Assembly (NCBI GenBank): GCA_000165345.1
Contig: CM000433.1
Coordinates: 960,001-1,024,000 of the forward strand
DNA length: 64,000 nucleotides
Direction of reading: 5' to 3'
In this document: in pieces, positions 53,715-63,158 of the stretch
Numbering within the stretch: position 1 is the stretch's first letter
How the letters are laid out: each line of letters starts with the position of its first letter
Notes under the pieces: generated by a model
Database searches by the model: none
Told to the model about the DNA's origin: nothing
What the model saw: the letters and a program-made list of their open reading frames with translations, nothing else
Translations under genes and position numbers: made by a program

Positions 53715-55241
53715 TTGAAAAAAATAAAAGTCTGTATGCCGTTATATTTGGTTTGGTTTGTTTTACACCCTGATTATCATGAATTTAGACTTCAGGAATT
53801 GGAATCTTTAGCTGAATGTTTTGGAGTTGAAAAAAATAAGCTTTGGGTCACTAATTTACCAGAATACGTTTCATGGCATCATCGTAAATATGATAGACCT
53901 TTAGCAAATGATCATAGTAGTTCTTTTGCATGGGTATGTTTACCAAATGAAGATATTGCTTTACGTATCTTGCAAAGAAGTGTTCTAGTAAGAGGTTTTA
54001 TGCAAGTTTGGGCAAGTGGAACAGATCATGAACAAGTTGAGAAAGTTCTTAAAGAAGATGAATATGTTAAAAAAGAATTTCTTAGAAAGTATATACATGA
54101 TGATGTTGATTTTTCTTGGAAAGTTAAAAGTATTGGAAAAAAGTTATCTAGACCTGAACAAGTTTCAAGAATGAATCATTATAGTTTTCTATTTAAAGGT
54201 ACTGAGACTGTTAATTTAAAAGATCCTTCTTTAAGTCTGGGAATTTTTGAAGATTGGAGATCTATTCATAATCAAGAAAAACTTCCAATAGAAGGAATTT
54301 CTAAGGAGCAAATTTCTAAGCTTCAATCTACTATGCTTAAAAGGGTTTATCTTGGAAGAATAATAGAGAATCAAAGCTCTACTGATCTTGGAGATAAATC
54401 TCTATGGTGGTTGAAGTATACTTTAAATAAGAGACCAATATTAGGTCCAACAACTATGGATAATGAATTAGCCTTTATAATGTGTAATATTGCTCAAGTT
54501 AAAAAAAATGATATAGTTTTTGATCCATTTTGTGGAACTGGTGGTATCCTTATTTCAGCTTCTCATTTTGGAGCTACATGTTTTGGATCTGATCTTGATC
54601 TTAGAGTAATTAATGGATGGTTTTGTTCTTATGTTAATCCACATATGATTAAAGATCAATCTATTAAAGAAGACCATTCAAAATCTATTTATTCTAATTT
54701 TGACTATTATAAGCTTGAAAGACCTGGTATTATTAGAATGGATATTTCTCAGAGTTCAATTAGATCCTCATGGATAGATGCCATTGTTTGCGATCCTCCT
54801 TATGGAATTAGAGCAACTTCTAGAACCACTAATTCTAATTCAAATCAACCTACTAGTGTTTATTCAGGTAATAACTATATCCATACATTTATTCAGGATT
54901 ACAATTATAGGAAATCTTCACCATCATCATCATCATCTTCTATATCAAATACTCATCCATCTACAGGAAAGAATACTTTTGGGTCTCATCAGCCAATTGA
55001 TGAAATGATCTTTGACCTATTATCATTTGCATCTAAGACTTTGGTTATTCATGGACATCTTGTCTTTCTTTTACCTCTTATGGTATCAGATGCCAATATT
55101 GTAATTCCTAATCTTATTGAAAATTGGAAGCATATCTTTTCTATTGACTTTCCTTATATGCAAACATTAGGAGGAGGTCTTGGTAGATTGTTAGTACATA
55201 TGAAACTAATCAACAAAAATGAAGAATTATTTGGGATCTAA
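53715..55241 (+). CDS. TRMT11: tRNA (guanine10-N2)-methyltransferase Trm11/TRMT11
   Basis: SAM motif VFDPFCGTGGILISA and catalytic VCDPPYGIRA (DPPY). An N-terminal THUMP-like region. A poly-Ser insertion is encoded by a (tca)n run. Confidence 0.7.
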   Translation: MKKIKVCMPLYLVWFVLHPDYHEFRLQELESLAECFGVEKNKLWVTNLPEYVSWHHRKYDRPLANDHSSSFAWVCLPNEDIALRILQRSVLVRGFMQVWASGTDHEQVEKVLKEDEYVKKEFLRKYIHDDVDFSWKVKSIGKKLSRPEQVSRMNHYSFLFKGTETVNLKDPSLSLGIFEDWRSIHNQEKLPIEGISKEQISKLQSTMLKRVYLGRIIENQSSTDLGDKSLWWLKYTLNKRPILGPTTMDNELAFIMCNIAQVKKNDIVFDPFCGTGGILISASHFGATCFGSDLDLRVINGWFCSYVNPHMIKDQSIKEDHSKSIYSNFDYYKLERPGIIRMDISQSSIRSSWIDAIVCDPPYGIRATSRTTNSNSNQPTSVYSGNNYIHTFIQDYNYRKSSPSSSSSSISNTHPSTGKNTFGSHQPIDEMIFDLLSFASKTLVIHGHLVFLLPLMVSDANIVIPNLIENWKHIFSIDFPYMQTLGGGLGRLLVHMKLINKNEELFGI

Positions 55242-55519
55242 TATTAATTATTTTGTCTAAAAGAATATCTAATTAGGTAGATATAAGTTAGCAAAGGAAA
55301 AGGAACAAAATAAGATGAATAAAGAAAAGAATTTGGAATATATTAGTAGCTGCTTTTTTTCCTCTTCTCTTCTTAGTGAATAATGGAATATTTGCAAACA
55401 AATATCTCCTTTATTAGCATCTCATAAATTATGATTATATAAGTAAACATTGGAATTTTCTTTAAACTCATTTATAAATACCTTTTAATATATACATATA
55501 TAAACACAACTTACTTATA

Positions 55520-58500
55520 TTACCTTGTTTCATTAAAAGTTGCATTCTTTAAAATAGATTGTAGTTTCTGAGTTTGTATAGGTTTCAAGGATTCTGATAT
55601 TAGAATATCATTTGAAAGATTATGAGAACTATTCATTGATGATGATGATGATTGGGACTCATTAAATATTTGTACATGAGAATTTTTGTTATTGTTCTGA
55701 CTACTCTTGTAGTCATTATCATGATCACTTAAACGTGACAAATATTTATTATTGGAAGAATTGTTATTAACCAAAGTCCAGAACAAATTTGTTGAAGATG
55801 GACACATACAAGTATTTAAATTCTGAGATAAGTTACTTAAGTTCTTTTTACCAAAAGAAATAGCAACTTCATTACTAACTTGTTTTAAACAGTATAATGA
55901 TGAAAATGAACTTGTAATTTGGTTAGCTCCCAAAACTTGTTTATTTGGATCATTTGAATAGGAAATAATACTTTGAACAGTCTTTGAAATCTGTGATAAA
56001 GTAGAAACTGGATTACTTTTTTGATTATCATTATTTATTTGACTATCTTTATCAGTCTTAAGGAACATCTTTTCAATAGATTTTTGAATATCATTAATAT
56101 CAGTAGTTTCATATTCATCAGTAAATTCTTTATTAGTAGATAAAGAATCATCAATAACCATTTCAGTATTTTCTAATGATTGTTTATTAATATCTTGTAG
56201 AACTTGTGAAATAATTTCACCAGATGTATCCAAAGCTCGTATTTCTTGAATATAAATGTCATAACTGGATAACAAAAGCACTAAATATATAGAGATTTTT
56301 GTGTTTTCAACTTTAAATTGAATAATAGCATCCTTAACAGATGTTTCTTCAAATAAATCAATCTCAATATCTTCCAAACATTTAATTTGTTCAAGTTTAG
56401 ATTTGGATTTAGTACTTTTTACAAATTGATAAAGAGAAATAAGTGCTTTTTGTTTTGTATTTTTAACAATAGCAAATTGAAATGGGATTTCTTCTTTTAA
56501 GAATTGGGTAAAATGACCATAATCTTGTATATTAATAAGCTTGGAATCAGAATTAAGTTGAATATTCTCTTGATGAATTAACTCCATGGAAGTAATATTC
56601 CATATAAAAAGCTTTCCAGAAGAAGGAGAAATTCCTAATAGATAATATTCATGATTATGCATAACAATAAGCATTTGAGTAATTTGAGCTCCTTTAACAG
56701 ATAAATAACCAATATCACTTTCAAGTAGAATTGAATATTGTTTATTCCAATTATATACTATAATACCTTTAGATGAAGCCAAGAAAAGCTTATTAAATGC
56801 ATGACTAAAACAAGTAGAATAAATTTCAATTTCAGATTCTGGATGAATAATTGATGAATTGACCCATTCTTTAATTTGATTTTTATAAATCCAACATTTA
56901 ATTTCACGTTTACAAGTAATTGTTATAAAACATGTATTATTATCTTTATTAATATCATGATTATCATTTTCATATAATATATGATCAGATTCTGCTTCTT
57001 CTATTGAAACAACTTGGTCAATATGAGCAATAGGATAGTTAGATACTAATTCAAATTGTGTTTTATCTTTAGAAAGAAGAATTTTCCAAAATTTAAGATT
57101 ATATGCTCTCTTTTCATCATTAAAATGATCAAATTTTTGACTTTCAATAGTAATAGCAGATTTTGAATTCTTTGAATAATATGCATCAATTAATACAACT
57201 CTAGTAATATCATCTTGTACAAGCTTTGATGAAGAAATTCCATCTCCAACTTTTGAAACATAACTTTCTTCAGGCTTACAAAGAATACTAGAATGCCATA
57301 CATCTTTAATAAGATCATGAATATGCAACTTGAATGGATGAGAAATAATGGATACTAAAAGCTTTGTAGGATTCAAGAATTGAGATCCTAGAATTTTGAT
57401 TTTAGGATAATCCATAATACTACCTTTAATTGCATTGAATGGAGTAGAAATACCATATATAGTATTTAAGATTTTATTATGTACTAGATCAATAATTTTA
57501 ATACTGTTATCAGAGCATACAATAGCTGCTATTAATGAAGGTAAAGTATTAGAACCAGATACTTGAGTATAATCATGATTTTGAGTATCCATACAAACTT
57601 TTTCTTTTCTAAATGATGTAATATTATATATAGGAGCTCCCAATCTAGGAATAAATTGTCTAGTACCATTATTATTTGGATTTTTGTAATGATTTCTGGT
57701 ATGAATCAGATAAGAATCTGAAGAGAAAGTTTGCCTCCATAATACTAGAACAGCTTCTTCTCCACCTGATAATATAGTATCTGTACCAGGTATAATATTT
57801 AAAGAATTTAATTCATGTGAATGCCAGTGAGATATTGATGTTTTAACATTATATTTATAGATCATTTTTTCAATATCAGAATTTTCAGAAATGGAAGGAG
57901 CATTTTTCCACATTTGTATACCTTCTTTTGATGAAGAAGGAGGAATAAACCAATAAGTTAACCTACCATAAGCATCACCAGTAGCAACAAATTGTTGATC
58001 TTCAGAAAGTGTAAGCGATAGAATATATTCGGAATGTCTAAAACGAATAATTTTATCAGGGTATTGAGTATTCCAAATAATTAAGATATTTTTCCATATA
58101 AAACAGAATAAAGACTCATCCGAAGATACTTGGAAATTTAAAGCTCCATATGAGAAGTTAATAATCTTTTTGAGAGATTTTTGAATAAATTTGGAATGAT
58201 TAGATTTTTGATTAACAGAAGTATTAAATTTTGAAATTATATCAGAAATGGGAATTTTATATAAGGAAACATTAGTATCAATCAAAGTATCTTGATCTTT
58301 TGCTTCACTTATGATAAAATATATATTGTTTTTTGCAACTTTCAAATCAATAATACATCGACCAATTTCAATCTCTATTACAGACTTCTTTTCTTTATGA
58401 TTTAAGATATCATTTAAATGAAAAATTCGTATTAAACCACTAACAGTTGTAGTAACAATAAATTCCTCATTTTGATCAGACTTTATCACACCAAGACCTG

Positions 58501-58717
58501 TGATAATTTCTTTTGAAGCAGAAAATTGAGATTTAGACTCTCCATTTCCCAAAGTATCATATACATAAATTTCGTTATCTCTTCCTTTTGGGATTAATAA
58601 TAAATTCCCATTATTGCAAAACACTGGTGGTACTTTTAGAGAAAAGCATCCTCCTTTGTAACCTTTATTCATCTCTTCTCCTTTTCCATAAAAGACTAAT
58701 AATACCAATCTATACAA
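55520..58717 (-). CDS. Large WD40-repeat protein, 1065 aa, possibly UTP17/WDR75-like nucleolar t-UTP
   Basis: Multiple WD-like repeats. The N-terminal pattern GGCFSLKVPPVFCNNGNLLL...IYVYDT...ITG resembles the WDR75 N-terminus. The UTP17 label is low confidence; coding status is high. Confidence 0.35.
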   Translation of the reverse strand: MYRLVLLVFYGKGEEMNKGYKGGCFSLKVPPVFCNNGNLLLIPKGRDNEIYVYDTLGNGESKSQFSASKEIITGLGVIKSDQNEEFIVTTTVSGLIRIFHLNDILNHKEKKSVIEIEIGRCIIDLKVAKNNIYFIISEAKDQDTLIDTNVSLYKIPISDIISKFNTSVNQKSNHSKFIQKSLKKIINFSYGALNFQVSSDESLFCFIWKNILIIWNTQYPDKIIRFRHSEYILSLTLSEDQQFVATGDAYGRLTYWFIPPSSSKEGIQMWKNAPSISENSDIEKMIYKYNVKTSISHWHSHELNSLNIIPGTDTILSGGEEAVLVLWRQTFSSDSYLIHTRNHYKNPNNNGTRQFIPRLGAPIYNITSFRKEKVCMDTQNHDYTQVSGSNTLPSLIAAIVCSDNSIKIIDLVHNKILNTIYGISTPFNAIKGSIMDYPKIKILGSQFLNPTKLLVSIISHPFKLHIHDLIKDVWHSSILCKPEESYVSKVGDGISSSKLVQDDITRVVLIDAYYSKNSKSAITIESQKFDHFNDEKRAYNLKFWKILLSKDKTQFELVSNYPIAHIDQVVSIEEAESDHILYENDNHDINKDNNTCFITITCKREIKCWIYKNQIKEWVNSSIIHPESEIEIYSTCFSHAFNKLFLASSKGIIVYNWNKQYSILLESDIGYLSVKGAQITQMLIVMHNHEYYLLGISPSSGKLFIWNITSMELIHQENIQLNSDSKLINIQDYGHFTQFLKEEIPFQFAIVKNTKQKALISLYQFVKSTKSKSKLEQIKCLEDIEIDLFEETSVKDAIIQFKVENTKISIYLVLLLSSYDIYIQEIRALDTSGEIISQVLQDINKQSLENTEMVIDDSLSTNKEFTDEYETTDINDIQKSIEKMFLKTDKDSQINNDNQKSNPVSTLSQISKTVQSIISYSNDPNKQVLGANQITSSFSSLYCLKQVSNEVAISFGKKNLSNLSQNLNTCMCPSSTNLFWTLVNNNSSNNKYLSRLSDHDNDYKSSQNNNKNSHVQIFNESQSSSSSMNSSHNLSNDILISESLKPIQTQKLQSILKNATFNETR

Positions 58718-58846
58718 GAGAATAGAAGAGTAATACTATCTCTATTAAGTATATATATATGTATATATATTAATGTATGTTTTCTCTTGCCTTGTTACCT
58801 TTTCTTGGTCTGTCTAACTTTGACTCCTTTTTAGGCACTTTCAAGA

Positions 58847-58877
58847 GGCGCCATAGCTGCGCCAAATTTTGCCCGCC
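58847..58877. promoter_or_regulatory. GC motif cluster (GGCGCC, GCGCCAAA, GCCCGCC) in the 160 bp spacer upstream of the large WD40 gene and downstream of TK
   Basis: ggcgccatagctgcgccaaattttgcccgcc seen directly. Confidence 0.45.
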
Positions 58878-59465
58878 TTAGAAATTGTATTCTTCACAAT
58901 TAATTATATGATGTTTTCTGCATACAGAAGTATAAATAGAATTGTCACCAATAAGAATTTGTTCGCCAGAAAAAACAGGTTCTCCATTGCTATTTAATCT
59001 GATAGTCATGGTAGCTTTTTTGCCACAGCGACAAATAGTTTTGATTTCAGTAAGTTTATCAGCCCATGCTAATAAGTATTTACTTCCTTCAAATAAATTT
59101 CCCTTAAAGTCTGTTCTCAAACCATAGCATAGTACTGGAATATTTAGCTTATCAACAACAATGCATAATTCTCTAACTTGGAATTTCGTTAGGAATTGGC
59201 TTTCATCAACTAGAACACAATCAATTTTTTCCTTATTATTTTCTTGATTAATAATATCAAGTAGTTTTAAATCAGGAGTGAATGTGTGTGCTTTTTCTGA
59301 GAGACCAATTCTAGAGCAAATTGAGCCTTCTTCAAATCGGCAATCTTTGCTAATTGTAAAGAGAATGGTTTTCATTCCTCTTTCTTGGTAGTTGAATGAG
59401 GATTGAAGAAGAACCGTTGATTTTCCAGCATTCATTGCTGAATAGTAAAAGTATAATTTTGCCAT
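58878..59465 (-). CDS. TK: Thymidine kinase, bacterial (gamma-proteobacterial Tdk) type
   Basis: Near-identity to E. coli Tdk along its whole length: [78 protein letters not shown], and the zinc-ribbon CRCGKKAT...VCRKHH. Confidence 0.9.
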   Translation of the reverse strand: MAKLYFYYSAMNAGKSTVLLQSSFNYQERGMKTILFTISKDCRFEEGSICSRIGLSEKAHTFTPDLKLLDIINQENNKEKIDCVLVDESQFLTKFQVRELCIVVDKLNIPVLCYGLRTDFKGNLFEGSKYLLAWADKLTEIKTICRCGKKATMTIRLNSNGEPVFSGEQILIGDNSIYTSVCRKHHIINCEEYNF

Positions 59466-59826
59466 TTTATTAAAGTATTTCCAATCTTATTTGCAGTAGG
59501 TATGAGTGATATTATTGCTTTAAAGTATTTATTAGGTAAATTGTTGAATTCTTTGTGTTAGATGGTTTAAAATTTTGTTTTGAGTGATTAATAAAAATAA
59601 ATTTAATTTATTTTTACTTTATGAGTAGTTATTTAATCTCAATTTAGCCTCAAATTTATTACTTGAGAAAAGTGGTTACCTATATATAGATATTAAAAGG
59701 CGCCAAAAGGGTTCATTTTCAGATACTTGAAATGTAAATTGATATTATTATATAAGAGTGGGATTTCGAGTAGAATATATGTTTTTGGTGTGATAATGCT
59801 TTTTAACTTGAGTTTGATAAGAAATT

Positions 59827-62800
59827 ATGATAAGTAGTCTTGAAAATGGGCCTACTGAGGAGGATCTTGAATTATTATTAGGTGGGTATAATAAGGAAGA
59901 GGAAATATTATTTGTTGATTTGAGGGAAGAATCAGATGAATTAGATAAAGTTTATTACCAGGAAAATTCCAATTTTTTGAATCCAGTTAGCTATATGAAA
60001 AGGATTGGCGATGAACAAAATCAAGATGCACCAGATAAATTGAAAAAGCGTAGAGTTAAGTCAAAGAAAACAAGACCAAGGAGGAAAAAAAGTAAATTGA
60101 AAGATGATTCTGATAAACTTTCAATAGACTCTGATGAATTTGTTGTACCAGATGATGAGGTGATTCCGCCTGACTGGGAGTATAACTTTGAAAAGCCAAT
60201 AGTTTGTCAAAATGTTACATTTTATAATAAAGTTGACAATATTTTAACTGAGAAGCTTGAATGTAATGATAGTAGTTTGGACGAAGATTTTTTCAATAAT
60301 TGTGAAATTAATGAAGGCGGATTTAAAGGTAGAAAACGTAAAAATGGAATGATTGGGATTGATATTGATAAAGAATATATTGATGATAAAGACAATACTG
60401 CATTAATTGTTGAAAGCCATTTACTGAAAGATGACATAGATGATGAAGACCAGGTAATTTTTGTAGATAGGAATTTGAACTCTTTTATTAAGCAGGTTGA
60501 TAAAAATAAGACCATAGATGAAGTTAGGACAAATGATTCTGAACCAGTTATTGTTGAAAGCGATGAATTCATTATAAATACAGAGATTTTCAATTATGGG
60601 ATTTTTAATATATACTTTAAAATGATGGATATTATTGAAGATTTTGAAAATTATAACAATTTTCAATGTTTTTCAGAAAGTTCATTTAAACTTGAAGGAA
60701 AAGATATTTCCACTCTTTTGATAGTATTCAAATCAATTGATATTGAATTCAGCAGTTTCAGCAATAATAGTAATAGTAGCTGTAGCAGTGGCAATATTAG
60801 TAATAATAATATTGGAAGTTTTGACTTGATTCAAAGTTATCTTGACTTATTTTACAATAATATCTTAAATTCATCAAAAGAGACTCAAAATTTTAATTCA
60901 ACATTTTTAAAGGAATTACACTTTGAAATGATTGGTTTTATTGAGTCAAAGTTTGATGAGATTGTTCAATTAAACCCATCTGAATGGAATTATAAGGTAT
61001 TGTTTTTGTTTTTAAGAATAATTGGACTAACTTTATTTGTTGAGCACTTGCTAATACATACAATAAAGATTGAAAAAACTTCAGAGTCAAAGATCTCAAA
61101 TTTAAATGAAGAATTTTCAGTTTTTTTTGTCAATGAGAATATTTTGAACAAGAATAATGTATCCAAGATTCTTAGACAAATCTTGAAAAAAATGTTGGAT
61201 CATTTATTAAATTTGACTTTAAAAGAAAACTTGAATGGTAATATAAGTAGTATTCATTGCATTTTGATTTTGACTTTATTCATTAATTTTAAAGTAAGTG
61301 GGGACTTGATTTTCACTTATATTTCAGAAAAATATATTAAAGATTTAAATATAACTTTTGATTTTTTTTTAATTTATTATTATGCAATGATTATTTATAG
61401 TAATTTTACTGATTTGAAGTTTGATATTTCCAAGTTATTTGCCAAATTTATCTTTGATTTAAAGGGCAATTCTTCAAATAAAAATGAATGTTTGAACCAT
61501 TATTACTTATTAAATGAGTATTTAAAATCAGTTAATGTATATCAACTTAATAATATAAATTGCAAGAATAAATTCGAATCTCTATTATATTGTTTAAGTG
61601 ATTCAAATTTCTTTTACAATATTAATAAAGAAAATGAAGTAAATATTTGTTTGTCATTATTTAGCATTGATAAATTAAATTCAGAAATCTTCTACTCAAA
61701 TCTTCCATTAAATAACTTGAAATTAAAAGAAATTCATCATAATATGAGGTGTTTTGATAAAAAATTGAGAAATATACTATTCTTGAAATCTGGAAAAGAT
61801 GAGGAGCATTGCAAAAATTATGAGAAAATGAAAAATAACTTGATTTTACCAATTAATTTTAAAGAAATAAATCTTCTTGAATTAACAGAAGAAATTTACT
61901 TTAATTTGTTGAACTTATTGGTAAATTTGATAAAAAATATCAATGAGTTAAATTTACTTTTAAAGTTTCTTCATATGCATTTTGATATTGGAAAAGCTTC
62001 GAATATAAGTAAAAATGATATTATAATGCATTATTTAGTATATAATACTTTATTCATAGTATTATTATTAAATTCAAATTTGTTTGAATTTGAAATTCCA
62101 ATAATAAATTTATATTATACTTATTTAGAAGAAAATGACCAGATTAATAATTTTCTTCTAACTGAAATGGTATTAGATAATGAAAACACTGAAAACAATC
62201 ATTTATCTGAGAAGATTAAATTGAATAAAAATTATAAACTGCTTATTCAAACTCTATTAGGGTCTTCCAAATTTGGTATCCAAATTGAATTAAAGTTCCA
62301 CATTGATATGCTTTATAATATTATTACATTAATAGAACCATTGGCAGAAAATAAATATATATTTGAATATTTAAAACAAATTAATAATCTCAAGTTAAAT
62401 GAACTATTTTATTATAATTCAAATAAAATTATCCCACAAAATATTCCCAATAATTATTTATTAAATTCCAACGAATTAATTTTGCACTCAAAATTAATTA
62501 GTAATTTTAATTCAAATATTTTGTTTGCACACGTAATTAATACCGGTATTGAATTATTGCCAAATGCATGCAAAATTAATGTGGACATAAAACAAAATGA
62601 ATTATTAATTAGATTGATAATATATTTTAAAATAATAATAGAGGAAAAATTGGATATTTATTTTGAATCAATCAATAAATTATCAGATGTAGAATTGGAT
62701 AAACCTTTTATTAATTTTATAGATGAGATTTTTAATTTAATAAATAATTTATCAATTTTATTGGTTTGGAATTTTTTGGAGATAAATGATACAACAGCAT

Positions 62801-63117
62801 TTGAATTTTTAATTTATTATTTTGGTTTAATTTCAGACAAATTATTTTATTATATAAAATATTATAAAAATGGTCAAAACAACAAAGGAAAGCAAATTTG
62901 TGAATTATTTATTTTTCATATGTACAGGAATTTGGGAGGTTTTATTCTAAGATTTTTCAACAAATTTAAAGAAAATATTAAGATAGAATGTGAAATTTAT
63001 TCATTTATGATTGTTTTTTATTTGTTAATGTTTAATATTAATCATTTTAATTTTAAAAGTTATTATAAAGAATATTTAAAAATTGAAAAAGAAATTTTTG
63101 AAAAAATCCAATTTTAA
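59827..63117 (+). CDS. Hypothetical protein of 1096 aa or more, Asn/Ile/Leu/Lys-rich; probably continues past an N gap
   Basis: Long ORF with an acidic N-terminus. It terminates a few bp before an N-rich gap, after which a long open frame resumes. Confidence 0.55.
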   Translation: MISSLENGPTEEDLELLLGGYNKEEEILFVDLREESDELDKVYYQENSNFLNPVSYMKRIGDEQNQDAPDKLKKRRVKSKKTRPRRKKSKLKDDSDKLSIDSDEFVVPDDEVIPPDWEYNFEKPIVCQNVTFYNKVDNILTEKLECNDSSLDEDFFNNCEINEGGFKGRKRKNGMIGIDIDKEYIDDKDNTALIVESHLLKDDIDDEDQVIFVDRNLNSFIKQVDKNKTIDEVRTNDSEPVIVESDEFIINTEIFNYGIFNIYFKMMDIIEDFENYNNFQCFSESSFKLEGKDISTLLIVFKSIDIEFSSFSNNSNSSCSSGNISNNNIGSFDLIQSYLDLFYNNILNSSKETQNFNSTFLKELHFEMIGFIESKFDEIVQLNPSEWNYKVLFLFLRIIGLTLFVEHLLIHTIKIEKTSESKISNLNEEFSVFFVNENILNKNNVSKILRQILKKMLDHLLNLTLKENLNGNISSIHCILILTLFINFKVSGDLIFTYISEKYIKDLNITFDFFLIYYYAMIIYSNFTDLKFDISKLFAKFIFDLKGNSSNKNECLNHYYLLNEYLKSVNVYQLNNINCKNKFESLLYCLSDSNFFYNINKENEVNICLSLFSIDKLNSEIFYSNLPLNNLKLKEIHHNMRCFDKKLRNILFLKSGKDEEHCKNYEKMKNNLILPINFKEINLLELTEEIYFNLLNLLVNLIKNINELNLLLKFLHMHFDIGKASNISKNDIIMHYLVYNTLFIVLLLNSNLFEFEIPIINLYYTYLEENDQINNFLLTEMVLDNENTENNHLSEKIKLNKNYKLLIQTLLGSSKFGIQIELKFHIDMLYNIITLIEPLAENKYIFEYLKQINNLKLNELFYYNSNKIIPQNIPNNYLLNSNELILHSKLISNFNSNILFAHVINTGIELLPNACKINVDIKQNELLIRLIIYFKIIIEEKLDIYFESINKLSDVELDKPFINFIDEIFNLINNLSILLVWNFLEINDTTAFEFLIYYFGLISDKLFYYIKYYKNGQNNKGKQICELFIFHMYRNLGGFILRFFNKFKENIKIECEIYSFMIVFYLLMFNINHFNFKSYYKEYLKIEKEIFEKIQF

Positions 63118-63118
63118 A

Positions 63119-63157
63119 NGGGATTNNCNANNNTNGNNTNNCAGNCANNAANAATNN
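63119..63157. other. Assembly gap or low-quality segment (N-rich)
   Basis: Dense N characters in the sequence. Confidence 0.95.
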
Positions 63158-63158
63158 A

